From Phoronis australis (taxonomy: Eukaryota > Animalia > Phoronida): 64,000 nucleotides of DNA. How positions within the stretch are numbered: the first letter of the stretch is position 1; every line of letters begins with the position of its first letter. Shown one piece after another: positions 27,871-40,456 of this stretch. The notes under the pieces are model-generated. The model saw only the letters and a program-made list of their open reading frames with translations. It was not told the DNA's origin and did no database searches. The stretch lies in the NCBI GenBank assembly GCA_002633005.1, contig NMRA01000250.1, positions 413,524 to 477,523 of the forward strand, in the 5' to 3' direction. The position numbers were made by a program, and so were the translations under genes.

Positions 27871-30800
27871 CTTTTCAGCAGAGAATATGACGCTCATGAT
27901 GTGAGAATGTGTAAAGGTGTTGAAGAAAAAATAATTGTTCGAAGAAAAGTATTTTGGAAAATCCGAAACCCCCCCACGGTTCACCTCCACCTGACAATGA
28001 CACCGATGCGATATGTTGAAGTAAAGCTGGGCATTTACCTTAAAGTCGTAATTATTTGTACGACGCTATCAATTTCGTAACAATTTGAAAACAAAATCAG
28101 TGAAGATTCTCTGATTTTTTATTCTGCTATCTCCTAAATTCCGCCAATACGAAAAGTAGGTCACAAGGTGGGATTCCCCGAGTAAAGTAAATCGAGTCCG
28201 CAATAGCACTGTTTATGGTTTTCTAATCTTCGAGCGAAATATTTTGATTGAAAAATCAGGTTCATAGCTCAGGTACGTGTACAGACTTATCGTGTTCTAG
28301 GAAAGCAGTTAGCTTTGGTTGATCTAGGGCTGTGTCCAAGTCAAATTAATGCATGGAACTGGCCGTAATTGCACCATTAAGACATTTAAGTTTACCCTAC
28401 CTTCTGATGAACTTCGCATTTTTTGTATTTTCATTGTATTCAGATAGTTTTCAGTTAATTTTAAACAAAGCATGACCACTACACCATGACCACTGGTTAC
28501 GAAAGATGACAAATCTGGTGTAGTTGCAAAAATGGTTATTTTAAGTACAAAAATAACTCATTCTTTTTTAAAGCTTCATAAACCCATGTATCATGTTTAA
28601 GCATCTACAAATTAATGAGCTCTCTCTCTCTAACACTACAGGCGAAATGTAAACTAGAGGCTTTCAACAAAAAGAAATTCAACTGTTTATTTTTTTGTGA
28701 CAACAGTTCAGTAATCCAGTGCCGATCAATTTTGGAGTGAAGTTTAGTTTAGCGCCAGCCTACGGGTAATATGAATAACAAAAATGTTCCTTTCTTTTGC
28801 TATGAAACCAACCGATTCCCATTTGGACGAAATATATGTAAATTATATAAAAATGTTCTTAAAAACAACAATTTCCAGGGACTACCGGTAGTGCTGGGTC
28901 TAACAGGTGCCGAGACCACGGCCCGGCCAGACGAGTGAAACTCTGGAGTCAAAATCAGATAGGCCTACACTGTATCTGAGAAGAACGTTTCATGGAACAA
29001 ATACATTTGTATTCAACCTTCGAGTAATCCAGCAACATTGCAAAAGTTCAGCTGCTCGTCTGGCCTTCCACACATTTTAAAACATTGTTTACACCTTTCG
29101 ACATCACTTTTCGGCCTAGGGAATGCCCAAAAAGTGACGGAATATCATTCGCAAGTTGCATAACGGCTGTCGCCATAGCAACACCATTTGACCAGTCTTA
29201 TGGCATAGTTTCTTGAGCAATTGACTGAACTATGCTTCACACAACAACGTGTTGTTTGTCAAGTAAAATGGCGGTTTGGGAACACAGACGAAAATTTGTC
29301 TAGAATGCTGCGTCACTCCAAATTTTGGTTTATAGAGCAACTTGCTCGTCGCTAGCGAGCATTCTTACCTCCATTTACTGGAGAAACGTGGAGACAAATC
29401 GTAATCTGCACCAGGCACACGGCTGAAACAAGATGTGAAGCAAGGTTTATTATAACAAGCAGGGCTGTAGTGAAGAGCAAGCTGGGGCATGTTCTACCCT
29501 CAACGTTTTTAGTTTCAGGGAAGGCCCTCTCGCAGCAAAATCCTATTTTCTGACAGGGTTTTAATATTTAAGCGATAAGTAAATTTCACGTATGTCATTA
29601 CTTCGACAAAAAGATAACTTGTATATACATACTGTAGCGGTCCAGTGTTTTGACATAAACGCTTGTTGCCACAGTATCTACGTATTAGATTTTTTACGTT
29701 TAGTGCTGTGTCAGATAGCCAGCCAGCTCAGCTGTATGAAGATAGTATTGCCAAAATACAGCTAAGTTACGTTGTGTGTTCAGCGCTGACAGATTTCGGA
29801 ATTGTACACAGCCAGGGTAGTTCTGCTCGTCACCTCGCCGTGGAACTTTTATCAACAGGTAGAGCTAAAGACCGGACCGGGTGCATGCAAAATCTGTGAA
29901 TCAACCGACACTCACCTTGTCCGTTACAGCCGTTTAAGTGAAAAACAATCTAATCAACTTCATTTTCTTGTGTAATTCTTCGCCTTTTGTAACAAAGAAA
30001 AGCATTTCGTGGATTTGAAACGCGTCTTGCTGGTTCCGTGCGCACAAACAAGCAAGCGTGGCTGATGGAGGAAGTGTAAATGTGGTATGTTGTACAGACA
30101 AATCGCTGCTTAATTCAAGTTCAAGAAATTGAATCCTAGAAAATTGTGGTTGCGCCTTTTCAGAGTGCATCTTTCTGCTGTCACGCGACTGAAAAGAGAT
30201 ATCGAACCCGGTTTTAAAACGACTCTCCCATCCAATTTTCTAAAAAAAATCCTCTGTAACTCATGAGAACCTCAAAAGTTTGGAGCAAAATTTGAGAACT
30301 GCTGTCAAAGCCTCCTAATCTGACAAGCCTGACCTTCGCTTTAGGCGAGTTACACAATTGCAGGGAAAGACCATCCACTAAACCGAACAATAATATCCTG
30401 ACATTGGCCAAAATCACGCGTTCTCATTGACAATACACGGCAATATCTCACGTATTACCGCGAAATCTTGCTTTTTAGCGAGGCCCTAGCTTTACTGAAC
30501 GGCAGGCTAATTTTATCATTCACGTTTTGAAAAAGACACTGACTAAAGTTACGACAGAGTCAAGTCAGACTTATAACGTCAAAGATGGTCGTATTGGTGA
30601 ACGAATTTCAAAGCGTAATTCACTGCTTTCTATTCCCTACCTTTGATGTAAAATGTGTACATTGCACTGTTTCAGAATGCACGCCGGTCTTGATAAAAAT
30701 TTGGGCTACTCGTCTGAGACGCTGTTGGTTTTTTGGAAATTGCACGTGGTCATACACCCACTACCCGACATTTACAGCTATCACATTTTTTATATTTTCT

Positions 30801-32376
30801 ATTTCCCTGTAAATAGTTTATTGAATGTAATAACATTTTCAATAAAAAAGAGCAACGCACACAAGTAGATGCAAGCGCGCATACAGACATACCAGAGATC
30901 TACAAATATTGAAAAAATTAGTCTACTAAAAACATGAATCGCAGGGGTCCACCTTTTAACAAATAATTGCGTATTGACGTTTATCACAGTAAATTATTTT
31001 TTAAAATTCGTGATATTTGTAATTTTTTTGAGAAGCTGCAAGCAAGAGACACTGAAATTTAATCGTGTCATATAAATTTCAAACATATGACCAAATTAAC
31101 AACATATTCTGCCTTTAGTTTGCAAAACAATACCTCGCGTAGGTTTAGTTCAATGGATTTATTTACCAGTTGCCAATAAACTATAATTATTTACAGTTAC
31201 CTAAAAATTCTGAATCGTTGTTCAAAACCAATACCAGTCAACAAGAATCTCATACTCATTACAAAATGTACACAATTTTTATTAATGAAAACTATTAGTA
31301 CCACTAAGTCTGAATAATTCTTATTTGAAACCACATCAGTTTTGTATCCTTGTTAAAATTATCCATGATAGCAAGTAGCAGCATGTGTCGATAAAAGCAA
31401 CGATTTAAAAATCACATCAACGTGGTCGGAAAATAACTAGGAAAGAAATAGTGGACAATACAACTATTCGCTATGTAGAACATGTCACAGTCAAAATTTA
31501 GGAGTCTCTGTTGACCAGTCAAGAAAAACCTGTGTTGAATGAGCAGGTCACATGTGTTTACCTCACGCTGGCTCTGCTCTGTTAGACTTGTGGGTTTTCT
31601 GCCGTGTGTTACAATCACACTGCTTGTATGCCCTTGTACCTGCCTCGCTTTCAGTAACACCAGGACCTCACTAAAAAGGAAGACGTCGCGAGATAACGCG
31701 AGACATACATCTTATTCACGCAGTTGCCATTTTGAAAGTGTGCCTCTTTTTAGGTCTTAAAAACAATGCATTGTGCGCTTAATCACAGCGCAAAGCGTCA
31801 TTGTTTTCTAGTTAAAAGCCTGGACATAATGGTTCCCCTTCTGGGATAAATATTTGTATTTTAATGTATTGTTATTTGTTTGTGTAGCAATAAAAATAAA
31901 AATTAAAAATAAATCTAGATGAAGTTGTTTTCACTTATAATGCTCTTGCTTTTGGGTTGTTTAAGTGCACATAGTGAAATTGTAAAGCATTGCAATTTAC
32001 CGATAGAAGAAAGTGTAATTGATTAATATGGACCCTCGAAAAATGTCCAAGTTTGGCTTACTTCGAAACATCACAGCTTAGATGTAGGCTTGTTGATCGG
32101 TTTGTCACTCCTGATTCATACATTGATTCACAATGCAGTTTGGAATTGTTTTTGGGAACGATCCACTTTTGTAAGAGGGGTTATCGAAAAATTTGACTTG
32201 GTGCAAAATTGTATTTATGTAGTAATGTGGTTATAAACAAAGGCCAAATAAAACCCGAGACGAAATCAATGTCAATGAAAATTACAGACTAAATTCTTTT
32301 GAGTAAACTCAATTAGTTACGGGTGCTAAAAACACCGGTGTACCGTTATTTTGCTGATAGGTTTGAGGAGCGACAA

Positions 32377-32616
32377 CATGCGCGCACCCAGCCTAAAATA
32401 TAGGGGGGCTCGAATCTCTCCTTATGCGAACCTTTTACGCAAGAAAATCTATGAGGACTAAAAAAAGGCCTACGACTTCTGCATCTGCGCCCAATTCCTG
32501 TGGACTTTGTGGACCTTTGTCTCGTTTGCTCAGACTTTTGTTTCACTGAGGCAGAACTTTTTACCCAATTCGCCAAATTGGGGGGCTCGTTCGAGCCCCC
32601 CCTGGGTGCGCCCATG
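32377..32616. mobile_element. CATG-terminal MITE
   Basis: TIR CATGCGCGCACCCAG / CTGGGTGCGCCCATG; flanks GACAA / GATAA. Confidence 0.7.
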
Positions 32617-32869
32617 GATAAGATGCGTCGGATTTCAGCGCCGTGAAATAGTGAGCCACAATGGTCAATTTCTTTTTTCGACAATTCTTCAATCAACTGT
32701 TTTTTCTTAATTAAAAAAGGTTACGTACTGTTCACAAGTTATCGGAATCAGTTGCAATTTCTTATGCATTTTCATTATTTTATTGCACCAAACCGAATTT
32801 CTATGCAAATTTTGCAACACCGAAGTTGTCATCTCTCGGAAAATGTCACACAAAATTAGCAACTGACGC

Positions 32870-32955
32870 CAGGGCGGGTCCAGGATTTTGAGTTGGGGGN
32901 CGAATTTTAGGGAGGTCATGGCCCCCTTGTCCCCAACCCCTTAAATCCGCCACTG
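32870..32955. mobile_element. G-tract MITE with 5-bp TSD
   Basis: CAGGGCGG...CCGCCACTG, TSD GACGC; shares TCCAGGATTTTGAGTTGGGGG with the 4040 copy. Confidence 0.75.
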
Positions 32956-33255
32956 GACGCGACGCGTGTCACGAGTATATATTTTTAAAGTCGACGACTC
33001 ACTTTTCTTTGCTGGAGAATGATGCTAGAAAATGACGTTCATTAGACTGTTTCACGTAGGACTTTATCGACAATTATGAATTCTGCGTATTTGGCTAAAC
33101 ATCTACAAAACTACAGATTTTAATTCAGGGAAAGTATAAATTTTAGGAACGTAAAATGCCAGTTGGTTTTATACAATCTGTTGTAATGTGTTTCACGTGA
33201 CCTTGTCTTTTTAGTAATATGTAGCAAAACAGAAAGGTATTAACGATAGCAAAGC

Positions 33256-33479
33256 CTTGCGGGTACCCAGCCTAAACATGAGGGGAAGGCTCCGTCGAAT
33301 TTTTGAGAATGTTGAGCTTTTCACAGTGTACATTCAGAGCTATAAATTGTACATTGACCGAACATTGGTAGTTTCTAGAGGAATGTTGTCTCGTTCTCTA
33401 TTTTTTTCAGATTTTTTTTGTTTCTCTGAGGCGGACCTTTTGCCCACTTCGAACAAGCCCCACACTGGGTGAGCGCATG
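33256..33479. mobile_element. CATG-terminal MITE, diverged copy
   Basis: Internal similarity to 17737-17962 (TCGAATTTTTGAGAATGT, TTTCTCTGAGGCGG); flanks AAAGC / AAAAC. Confidence 0.6.
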
Positions 33480-34561
33480 AAAACAACACGATATCAACAT
33501 CATGACCTAATTTCGTTGGATGTAAATATTCTTGATGATACAGTTTATAATTTCGTTTTCGTATTATGCAACGTTACGTTTTTCATGAAATCTTGAAAGT
33601 CGTATTTTTGATGGCCAACTTGCAAAAGTGTACTGAACATTTCAAAAACAACTCCTAACCGTTTTGGAGAACAGTGGAAAGTTCCACACGAATCTGATAA
33701 GCCATCCTGGAGATATGATGTAACGAAGACAAGCACATTTGGGTCGTAAATAATGTGGATGGTGCAACAGGCAAGGTGAGTGCTGGTTCATAGTTCTGAC
33801 TGTGTTTTGCCTGGCACAAGTGCACACATTGCTGGAATTGTCTTCCACACTAACGGCGAAAACTATGAACAAAGTGAAAAGTTGCACGCTATTTCATCTC
33901 AAAAGCGCGAGCATTGAAACTTTATTTTCACATTTTGGTCGTTTCAATTCCACCGAAAAGGGGCAATCGTAAACAATCCGGCCAAACCCACGCCTGCAAA
34001 GCCGTAATTACGAATAAAATTCAAGGTCTTGCCGGATTCGTAACTCAGTTATCAAAGGCATTTAAAAGAAAACATCCACCCACTTTTTATATTGCTGTGC
34101 CGAGATCAGCGTGACCCGTCACTATTCAATTAGGTCGATCTTGTTTTGGTATTTTCTCCGCAGATGCGAAAGGCATGATACTATCCAAATCAAAAAAAGA
34201 AAGTAAAGAACATTTAATGATGTTGTTGTAATGTTCATGCATTTTACAAACACGTGACCTCAAACTGGACTTTGTTTGTGGCGCAATGCAGGGCTGATAA
34301 CTGCAAGGCAGCAGCCATATTTTGATCAGATTCCACAAATCTGATTCAAGAGTGCTGCTATCAGGTTTTTGCAATCCCGAGTTGTTTTAGAGCTACTTGG
34401 AATCACAGCCGATTCACTTGTCACTGAGCAGCCACACGACAATGCTACAGGGGCCCACAATCAAACTAGTGGATTTTTATCCTTCACTTAAGCTCACTCA
34501 AATATATGCAAACCTGATACTGAACCTACTTGTAATGTCACATTTTGAAAACTATTCAAAA

Positions 34562-34659
34562 CACAGGCGTCCTCAGCTTCTGATCGTCACCAATACACTA
34601 TATATACATACTACTTCATATAGTATATTGGGAACGATCAGAAGCTGAGGACGCCTGTG
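34562..34659. mobile_element. 98-bp hairpin MITE with 8-bp TSD
   Basis: CACAGGCGTCCTCAGCTTCTGATCGT...ACGATCAGAAGCTGAGGACGCCTGTG, flanked by ATTCAAAA on both sides. Confidence 0.88.
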
Positions 34660-36251
34660 ATTCAAAATAGGTCTTTCCACTACCTCGTTTATTTTATGAA
34701 CTAGTAAAAACATGATCCCAGTGACCGATTTTGGAATTTTTCGAGGTTTTCAGACGTCGGTACCCACCCCTGTTTTCCACGCCAGGATAATCACCCCCTT
34801 TCACTAACGTTGCAGTTTTCTCCACTGAATAAGGGGTATCGAACTGGTTCTCAAGATACAGTATGTTATATCCAACTATTGCTCCTACTTGTATTGCATA
34901 CATCAAAACCGCCGCTACACCTGTCCTATTAATTGTAGTATAAATTGGTCACATCTACAATCTAACCATGCACTGCCACCTAAAGTTTACGGTTGTACAC
35001 TCGTGAAAATGGCGATAATTGTGAAAGGTTTCTCAGTGACTTGTGTTTCTTGGTGCGTGATAACTGTTGAAGGTGCAGTTTCCATTATTCCTTCATGTCA
35101 CAATCAAGTGAAATGTGAAAGATCATGAGTTAAATGTGAAACATCACGAGTTGCAACACCGTCTCATAGTGCTTTGGAAAACCAAGTTGAATCTCACTCA
35201 TAGAAAACAGTTTAACAGCGAAACAGTATATTCAACAACGTGAACCAGAAATTGGTAAAACCCAGCCTCCTAATACAATAAATCACACATAACACTAAAA
35301 CAAAACCAACAAGAGAATAACACAAAAATATGGGCAATACTAATATAACACTAACGGCTTAGTATATTTAAATAATAAGAGTTCAATGACGGTTGTAACC
35401 TTGAAAAATTGATTAGCAGCTTGCAACACTTTATCAACATGCATTAATACACAGAAATGTTGATGGCAACACTTTATGCACAGTTTAGAACAGGTTGCTC
35501 ATTGCTCAACATAACAATCAGAAGCTACTAATTTGAGGAGTCAGAACTATCAAAGTAACAATTCAAACTGTTGCGATTCAAGAAAAAAAGATTTGTGACA
35601 TATGTCACTACCTAATGAATAAAAATAGGTTTTTGACTAAAAATTATTAAGAATTTGAAATTAAAGAATTGTGCAGCTTATCCACATTTTGAAAAGCTTG
35701 GGTTTTGCACGTTTTTGGAAGACTATTCTTCAAAAAAGGACGTCTTCCAAAAATGCATGTCCTATAAATGAATTAGAGACATTTTTAGAAAAATTTTGAG
35801 TGGGACCAACAATTAACAACCTCAAAGGATACATTTTGGACTCTTCTAAAAGAGTTGACAATTATAGACCACACTTAGCCTGGCACTTTGTTCAGTTACA
35901 ATAATACAATGATCTGCTGAATCACGTACTGTGAACATGCAAGTAGCACACACATGAATTTCATAAAAATAACTTTTGATTATGGTTTAGACCAAGTACC
36001 ATATCAAAACTGACTAGTCTCACTGTGTTATTTGCTCAGGTATGATGGGAAAGAACTTTCAGTTCCCTACTGCCTGATACCAGGCTCAATAAGATGGCTT
36101 GACATGCTAAGTCATTTCATAAGCAACATGGGTGGACAAATAGGCTAGTTCCAAGTCAAGACGCTAGATAGAGTACTAGCTGGTACACTGGTCATAATCC
36201 TTACAGCATATAAAATGACTTGAACTGCCGAGTGAACTTATTTTATTGTTG

Positions 36252-36743
36252 CTAATATGTTTTCTCCCTAACCTCTTTCTCAGAAACCTTCAGACGAGAC
36301 TTGAAGACAGACCAGACCATCACCAACCCGACGATCACGCAAACATTGTCACACGCCAGACGAGCATGCAACCAAAAGTCCACACCGCGACGCTTTGTCC
36401 AGTACCTGAAGTTCATGTCGTTGAAAGCGGTTACTACTGACAGAACAACTGCTAATACAATAGAAATATCCTTAACAAAATAGCTACTAAGGTAACACAT
36501 TCCAATGCCTCCCATAAAAGAAGCAGCTATAAACAGCGTCATCTGGCCACCAGGCAGAAGTTGTACAAAGGCCAGCTTGTCTTCTGGACTGTTCAGAAGA
36601 GCGTATGTGTAACATATGGCATAGGCACCCAACACCGCCTCCCCAGCCTTCCTGAGTTGTCCTGAACCTTTCTTGGTGCTCATTATATGGGCGTAGAGCA
36701 GACATATACCTATGACTCCACACTCTTTAATTATCATACGCAT
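36252..36743 (-). CDS. TMEM101: Transmembrane protein 101, exon 3 (terminal)
   Basis: Acceptor ttttcag|ATGCGT. GEAVLGAYAICYTYALLNSPEDKLAFVQLLPGG and YWTKRRGVDFW resemble human GQVFLGIYLICVAYSLQHSKEDRLAYLNHLPGG and YWHNTRRVEFW. Spliced CDS is 786 nt = 261 aa; AATAAA lies just after the stop. Confidence 0.92.
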   Translation of the reverse strand: MRMIIKECGVIGICLLYAHIMSTKKGSGQLRKAGEAVLGAYAICYTYALLNSPEDKLAFVQLLPGGQMTLFIAASFMGGIGMCYLSSYFVKDISIVLAVVLSVVTAFNDMNFRYWTKRRGVDFWLHARLACDNVCVIVGLVMVWSVFKSRLKVSEKEVREKTY

Positions 36744-36768
36744 CTGAAAATAAAAGTTGTACTTTACT

Positions 36769-37072
36769 TGAATAATAACAATAAACCCTTTTATCCAATA
36801 ATAATAAACCCTGTTATCCAATAATAATAAAACCTGTTATCCAATAAAAATAAACCCTGTTATCCAATAATAATAAACCCTGTTATCCAATAATAATAAA
36901 CTCTGTTATCCAATAATAATAAACCCTGTTATCCAATAATAATAAAACCTGTTATCCAATAAAAATAAACCGTTATCAAATAATAATAAACCCTGTTATC
37001 CAATAATAATAAACCCTGTTATCCAATAATAATAAACCCTGTTATCCAATAATAATAAACCCTGTCCTCCAA
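36769..37072. repeat. 23-bp minisatellite, about 13 copies, in TMEM101 intron 2
   Basis: Unit AATAATAAACCCTGTTATCCAAT. Confidence 0.95.
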
Positions 37073-37312
37073 TTTTGACATTTTTCTAGCGGAACTTGTA
37101 ACCTTTACTCTCAATTATTCAAAGAAATGAAATCATGAGCTTTTTGGTTGAAACTTGCGAGAAATTTATCTTGTTTTAGACCACTAAGCTTGATAAAACT
37201 GGCCTCATCTTGTTTGTGATTTGTATAAGCAATGATACTAGAGGTTTGTCTTATGAAAAGTCTAGAGACAAAAATTTGATCAAACGCTCCCACTCCACAA
37301 ATATTCAGTAAA

Positions 37313-37429
37313 GATTTACCTGTCAATCATTAGCAAATGACATTTACCTGTCTAATCATTAGCAAATCACATTTACCTGTCTTATCATTAGCAAATCACA
37401 TTTATCTGTCTAATCATTAGCAAATCACG
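37313..37429. repeat. 29-bp tandem repeat, 4 copies
   Basis: Unit ATTTACCTGTCTAATCATTAGCAAATCAC. Confidence 0.9.
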
Positions 37430-38493
37430 TTCCAGAAAAAAAGTTATACAAATGTCTCAGAAACTAGAAGTGACGGGCATATTCTCAGTGACCTTGTATT
37501 TTTGCTAAAGTGAGATTAAATTGTTTTTCCTAAATAGTTGTGTGGAGTTTAAGACCAGATCTCTGACCTCAGTCTCACTTCATGAAACAGTCCCCTGGGT
37601 TACTCAAGAACGGACAGTTTGTTATTATCTTTCTGGAGACCATTATCAAGAAGTAGTGGCTAGACACCATGGATCATTCTTCATTTCAAGCGTTATCTCC
37701 AGGAAAAAACCTTTGCCAGATATTTCCAGGAGCATGAATCAATTCTAAACAAAGTAAAAGCAGGAAGAAGTAAATACCAAGAACTGGAAAAGCCCTTAAA
37801 CCTAAACTACATGGGATGCTGTATGGCAAGTGTATCTCAGAAAATGTTATTAATTTAGTGACATGTTTGGTGAAAAATCTTGTTTAAAAGGTGCCATTTA
37901 ACTCGGGGGTTCCTTGTTGGGACTTGGAGCTACTAAAATATGAAAATTTTCAAATATCAAGACCTTGAAATTGTGAATTATTTGTTAAAAGGTGGACCCT
38001 ATGATTTACAGACTTGATTCAACACCGAGTGCACCCCCTGTTGTTGAAGAATAAAATGATAAAAACAGTACACGTTTTTGAGTAGACTAATCTTTTCAAT
38101 ATTTGTTGATCTTGGGTTTGACTGTGCATTTGTGCGTCTACATGTGTGCATGCACAGCTGGTATTGTATTGTAAAATGTTATTATATTCAATAAACTTCT
38201 TGCAAGGAAAAAATAAAGGGACAATGAAACTGTGCCTTCCACCGAAAAACTAACTTTGGATTTAGGCCACTTACTGTTTGCTAGTGATCTCCTCGGTCCC
38301 AGAAGACCTGGGGGGGGGGTCGTAATTGCCATTAGAATTCAAAATGATTTTACAACCAATGCCAATTTAAAAATAAAAAGATTAGGAACACATTGACTTT
38401 GCTAATACACAAGTGACAAATTTGATATTTTTAACACCAGAACATGATTAATAGTGACTTTAACTCTCATAAAGTTCCTTACTACTGCAATAC

Positions 38494-38674
38494 CTTGAGC
38501 GAGTCATTGTATCGTAGACCTGCATTGTTGTAGGTGGTGACAAGAAAATAACCAATCTGTCCACAGTAGACAAGTGCTGCTTCTTTCCTAAACTTGTCAA
38601 TAGACATCAGAACACCACAAACGAAAGCCATACCAACTTGGATGTACACAGCTTTGGTATCAAATGTGACATGC
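38494..38674 (-). CDS. TMEM101: Transmembrane protein 101, exon 2
   Basis: Acceptor ttttcag and donor AAG|gtattg; 181 nt, phase 2 to phase 0. VYIQVGMAFVCGVLMSIDKFRKEAAL...YNDSLK resembles human LYFDMGAAVLCASFMSFGVKRRWFAL...YGDWLK. Confidence 0.88.
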
Positions 38675-38865
38675 CTGAAAATAAAGCACTGCTCAAACCA
38701 CAAGATGTAAGAACACACAATTCCTTGAAGAAAAAAATTGCCAAAATATTGACCAAATGAGAATGAAACTGAAAACTGGATTGATCCGGATTCATGCTTA
38801 GGATGCTTAAATTGAAAAACTCAAAAATAAGGGGTTGGGCATTTGTTGATAGTCACTTACAGTTA

Positions 38866-39791
38866 TAGGCAATGACCATCGCCTCTGTTGGCCCGAACCA
38901 GAGGCGATGTAGAGGCTATAGGCGCTCTGTACGCCGGAAGCTTTTCGGCGAATTATGCCTCGCACCGACTAAACCATCAAAGCCACGTTGTTATAACTAC
39001 CTTTTGCGCATAGACAAACACCTTAGGAGGTTGTCGATGTGTTTAAGTTCTTCCAACTCGAACAAATACTCCCGATATGAAACTTTTTCTTTGAGCAGTC
39101 CCTATTTCAGTTCCCAAAATCGTGAAATCAAAATTTTCAATTTTTTTAACCAGGCCGAAGGCCAGAAGTTGCGATCCTACCGGCGAACTTTGAAAGTTGA
39201 AGTTCCTGCCCTTTGCGTACGTGCTGCCGGGAACCAGCCATGCATTTGCCGTGTTGTTAAACATTAAAATGTCAAATATGTGCACAAAGACTTTTAAATG
39301 TCATATCAGCAGCATTTATTTTTATCAAATACAAACAATAATTCATTGAATTACAAACGGTTTCAAGTAACGCCAATTAAAGACATAAGTGGTGGCATTT
39401 TGGAAGTGAACATTTGACTGACAAGACCGCAATGGCTCACCTTTGGCCTATTTAAAAATTATTGAGGTTATGAAGTCACATCAACTAGCGAGCGCGGTAA
39501 AAGTTGGAGCGTGCGCAGTACAAAAATTTTGATTTCACGATTTTGGGAACTGAAATAGGGACTGCTCGCAGAAAAAGTTTCATAACAGGAGTATTTGTTC
39601 GAGTTGGAAGAACTTAAACACATCGACAACCTCCTAAGGTGTTCGTCTATGCGCAACAGGTAGTTATAACGTGACTTTGATGGTTTAGTCGGTGCGAGGC
39701 ATAATTTGCCGAAAAGCTTCCAGCGTACAGAGCGCCTATAGCCTCTACATCGCCTCTGGTTCGGGCCAACAGAGGCGATGGTCATTGCCTA
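38866..39791. mobile_element. Non-autonomous foldback DNA transposon with about 270-bp TIRs and a 9-bp TSD (Mutator-like), in TMEM101 intron 1
   Basis: Termini TAGGCAATGACC...GGTCATTGCCTA with near-identical arms. TSD TTACAGTTA at 38857-38865 and 39792-39800. Confidence 0.92.
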
Positions 39792-39807
39792 TTACAGTTA
39801 CAGTCTA

Positions 39808-39889
39808 CAGAGGTCCCGCATTTTGAGAACTTGAGTTTTCTCCACTGAATAACAGGCAACAATCTGGTTCTCAAAATGTAGGACCTGTG
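39808..39889. repeat. Small hairpin MITE next to the foldback element
   Basis: AGGTCCCGCATTTTGAGAAC / GTTCTCAAAATGTAGGACCT. The core is similar to 34814-34860. Confidence 0.6.
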
Positions 39890-40283
39890 TAAGTGAGTAT
39901 TTAAAAGCAAAGATTTAAAAACTAACCTCCTCGACCGACTTTAGCGTGTGATTGTGAAGTACATAAGAGGTGGAGGGATTTGGCGTTTCCTGGTCAGAGT
40001 GGAACTACACTTGTCTGGGTGGGAAGCCATAATCCACTTGTCCTCCCACAGAGCAAGACTGTCTAAATATTTGATGCATAGTCTCTCTGTCAGAGGCTGA
40101 GTTGACAATTTTGAGTTATTTATGAGGTCTGGTCAACCGGCTAAGTTCTAACTTGAAATGGAACTCGATGTAAGAATAGTCGAAGCCGAAGCCGAAGGAA
40201 GCCGATAGGATAAGACTGAAATAATAGTGGGTTTACAACGTAAATTAAACTGATCCAATGTCTGTATGGAATCAAGTACATAC

Positions 40284-40396
40284 TTGTTTATGTCTGCCTT
40301 TTCTGCAACCATTAAAAGAAGGATAATAGCATTGAAGAAAGGAATTCTTGGAATAAAAAGCAAAGTCGCCCAGCGGATCCAACTTTTGTACGCCAT
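40284..40396 (-). CDS. TMEM101: Transmembrane protein 101, exon 1
   Basis: MAYKSWIRWATLLFIPRIPFFNAIILLLMVAEKADIN resembles the recalled human N-terminus (LLTRCPFWGCFSQLMLYAERAE). GCCATGG start context; donor AA|gtatgt, phase 2. Confidence 0.85.
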
Positions 40397-40446
40397 GTTG
40401 AACTCCGCGCTTTCTTTTGTGAGTTTATTGTACTAAAGTGCAGTCC

Positions 40447-40456
40447 GTGACGTCAC
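40447..40456. promoter_or_regulatory. CRE palindrome GTGACGTCAC in the TMEM101 proximal promoter
   Basis: Perfect TGACGTCA about 50 bp upstream of the ATG, in a CpG-rich stretch. Confidence 0.5.

Noticed and set aside
36744-36821. N-terminal extension of the 189-aa ORF (MDNRVYYYW...)
   Set aside because: It is intronic minisatellite sequence upstream of the real acceptor.
38872-39785. Pair of near-identical convergent ORFs (MTIASVGPNQRR...)
   Set aside because: They are the two arms of the foldback element's TIR and contain no protein motif.
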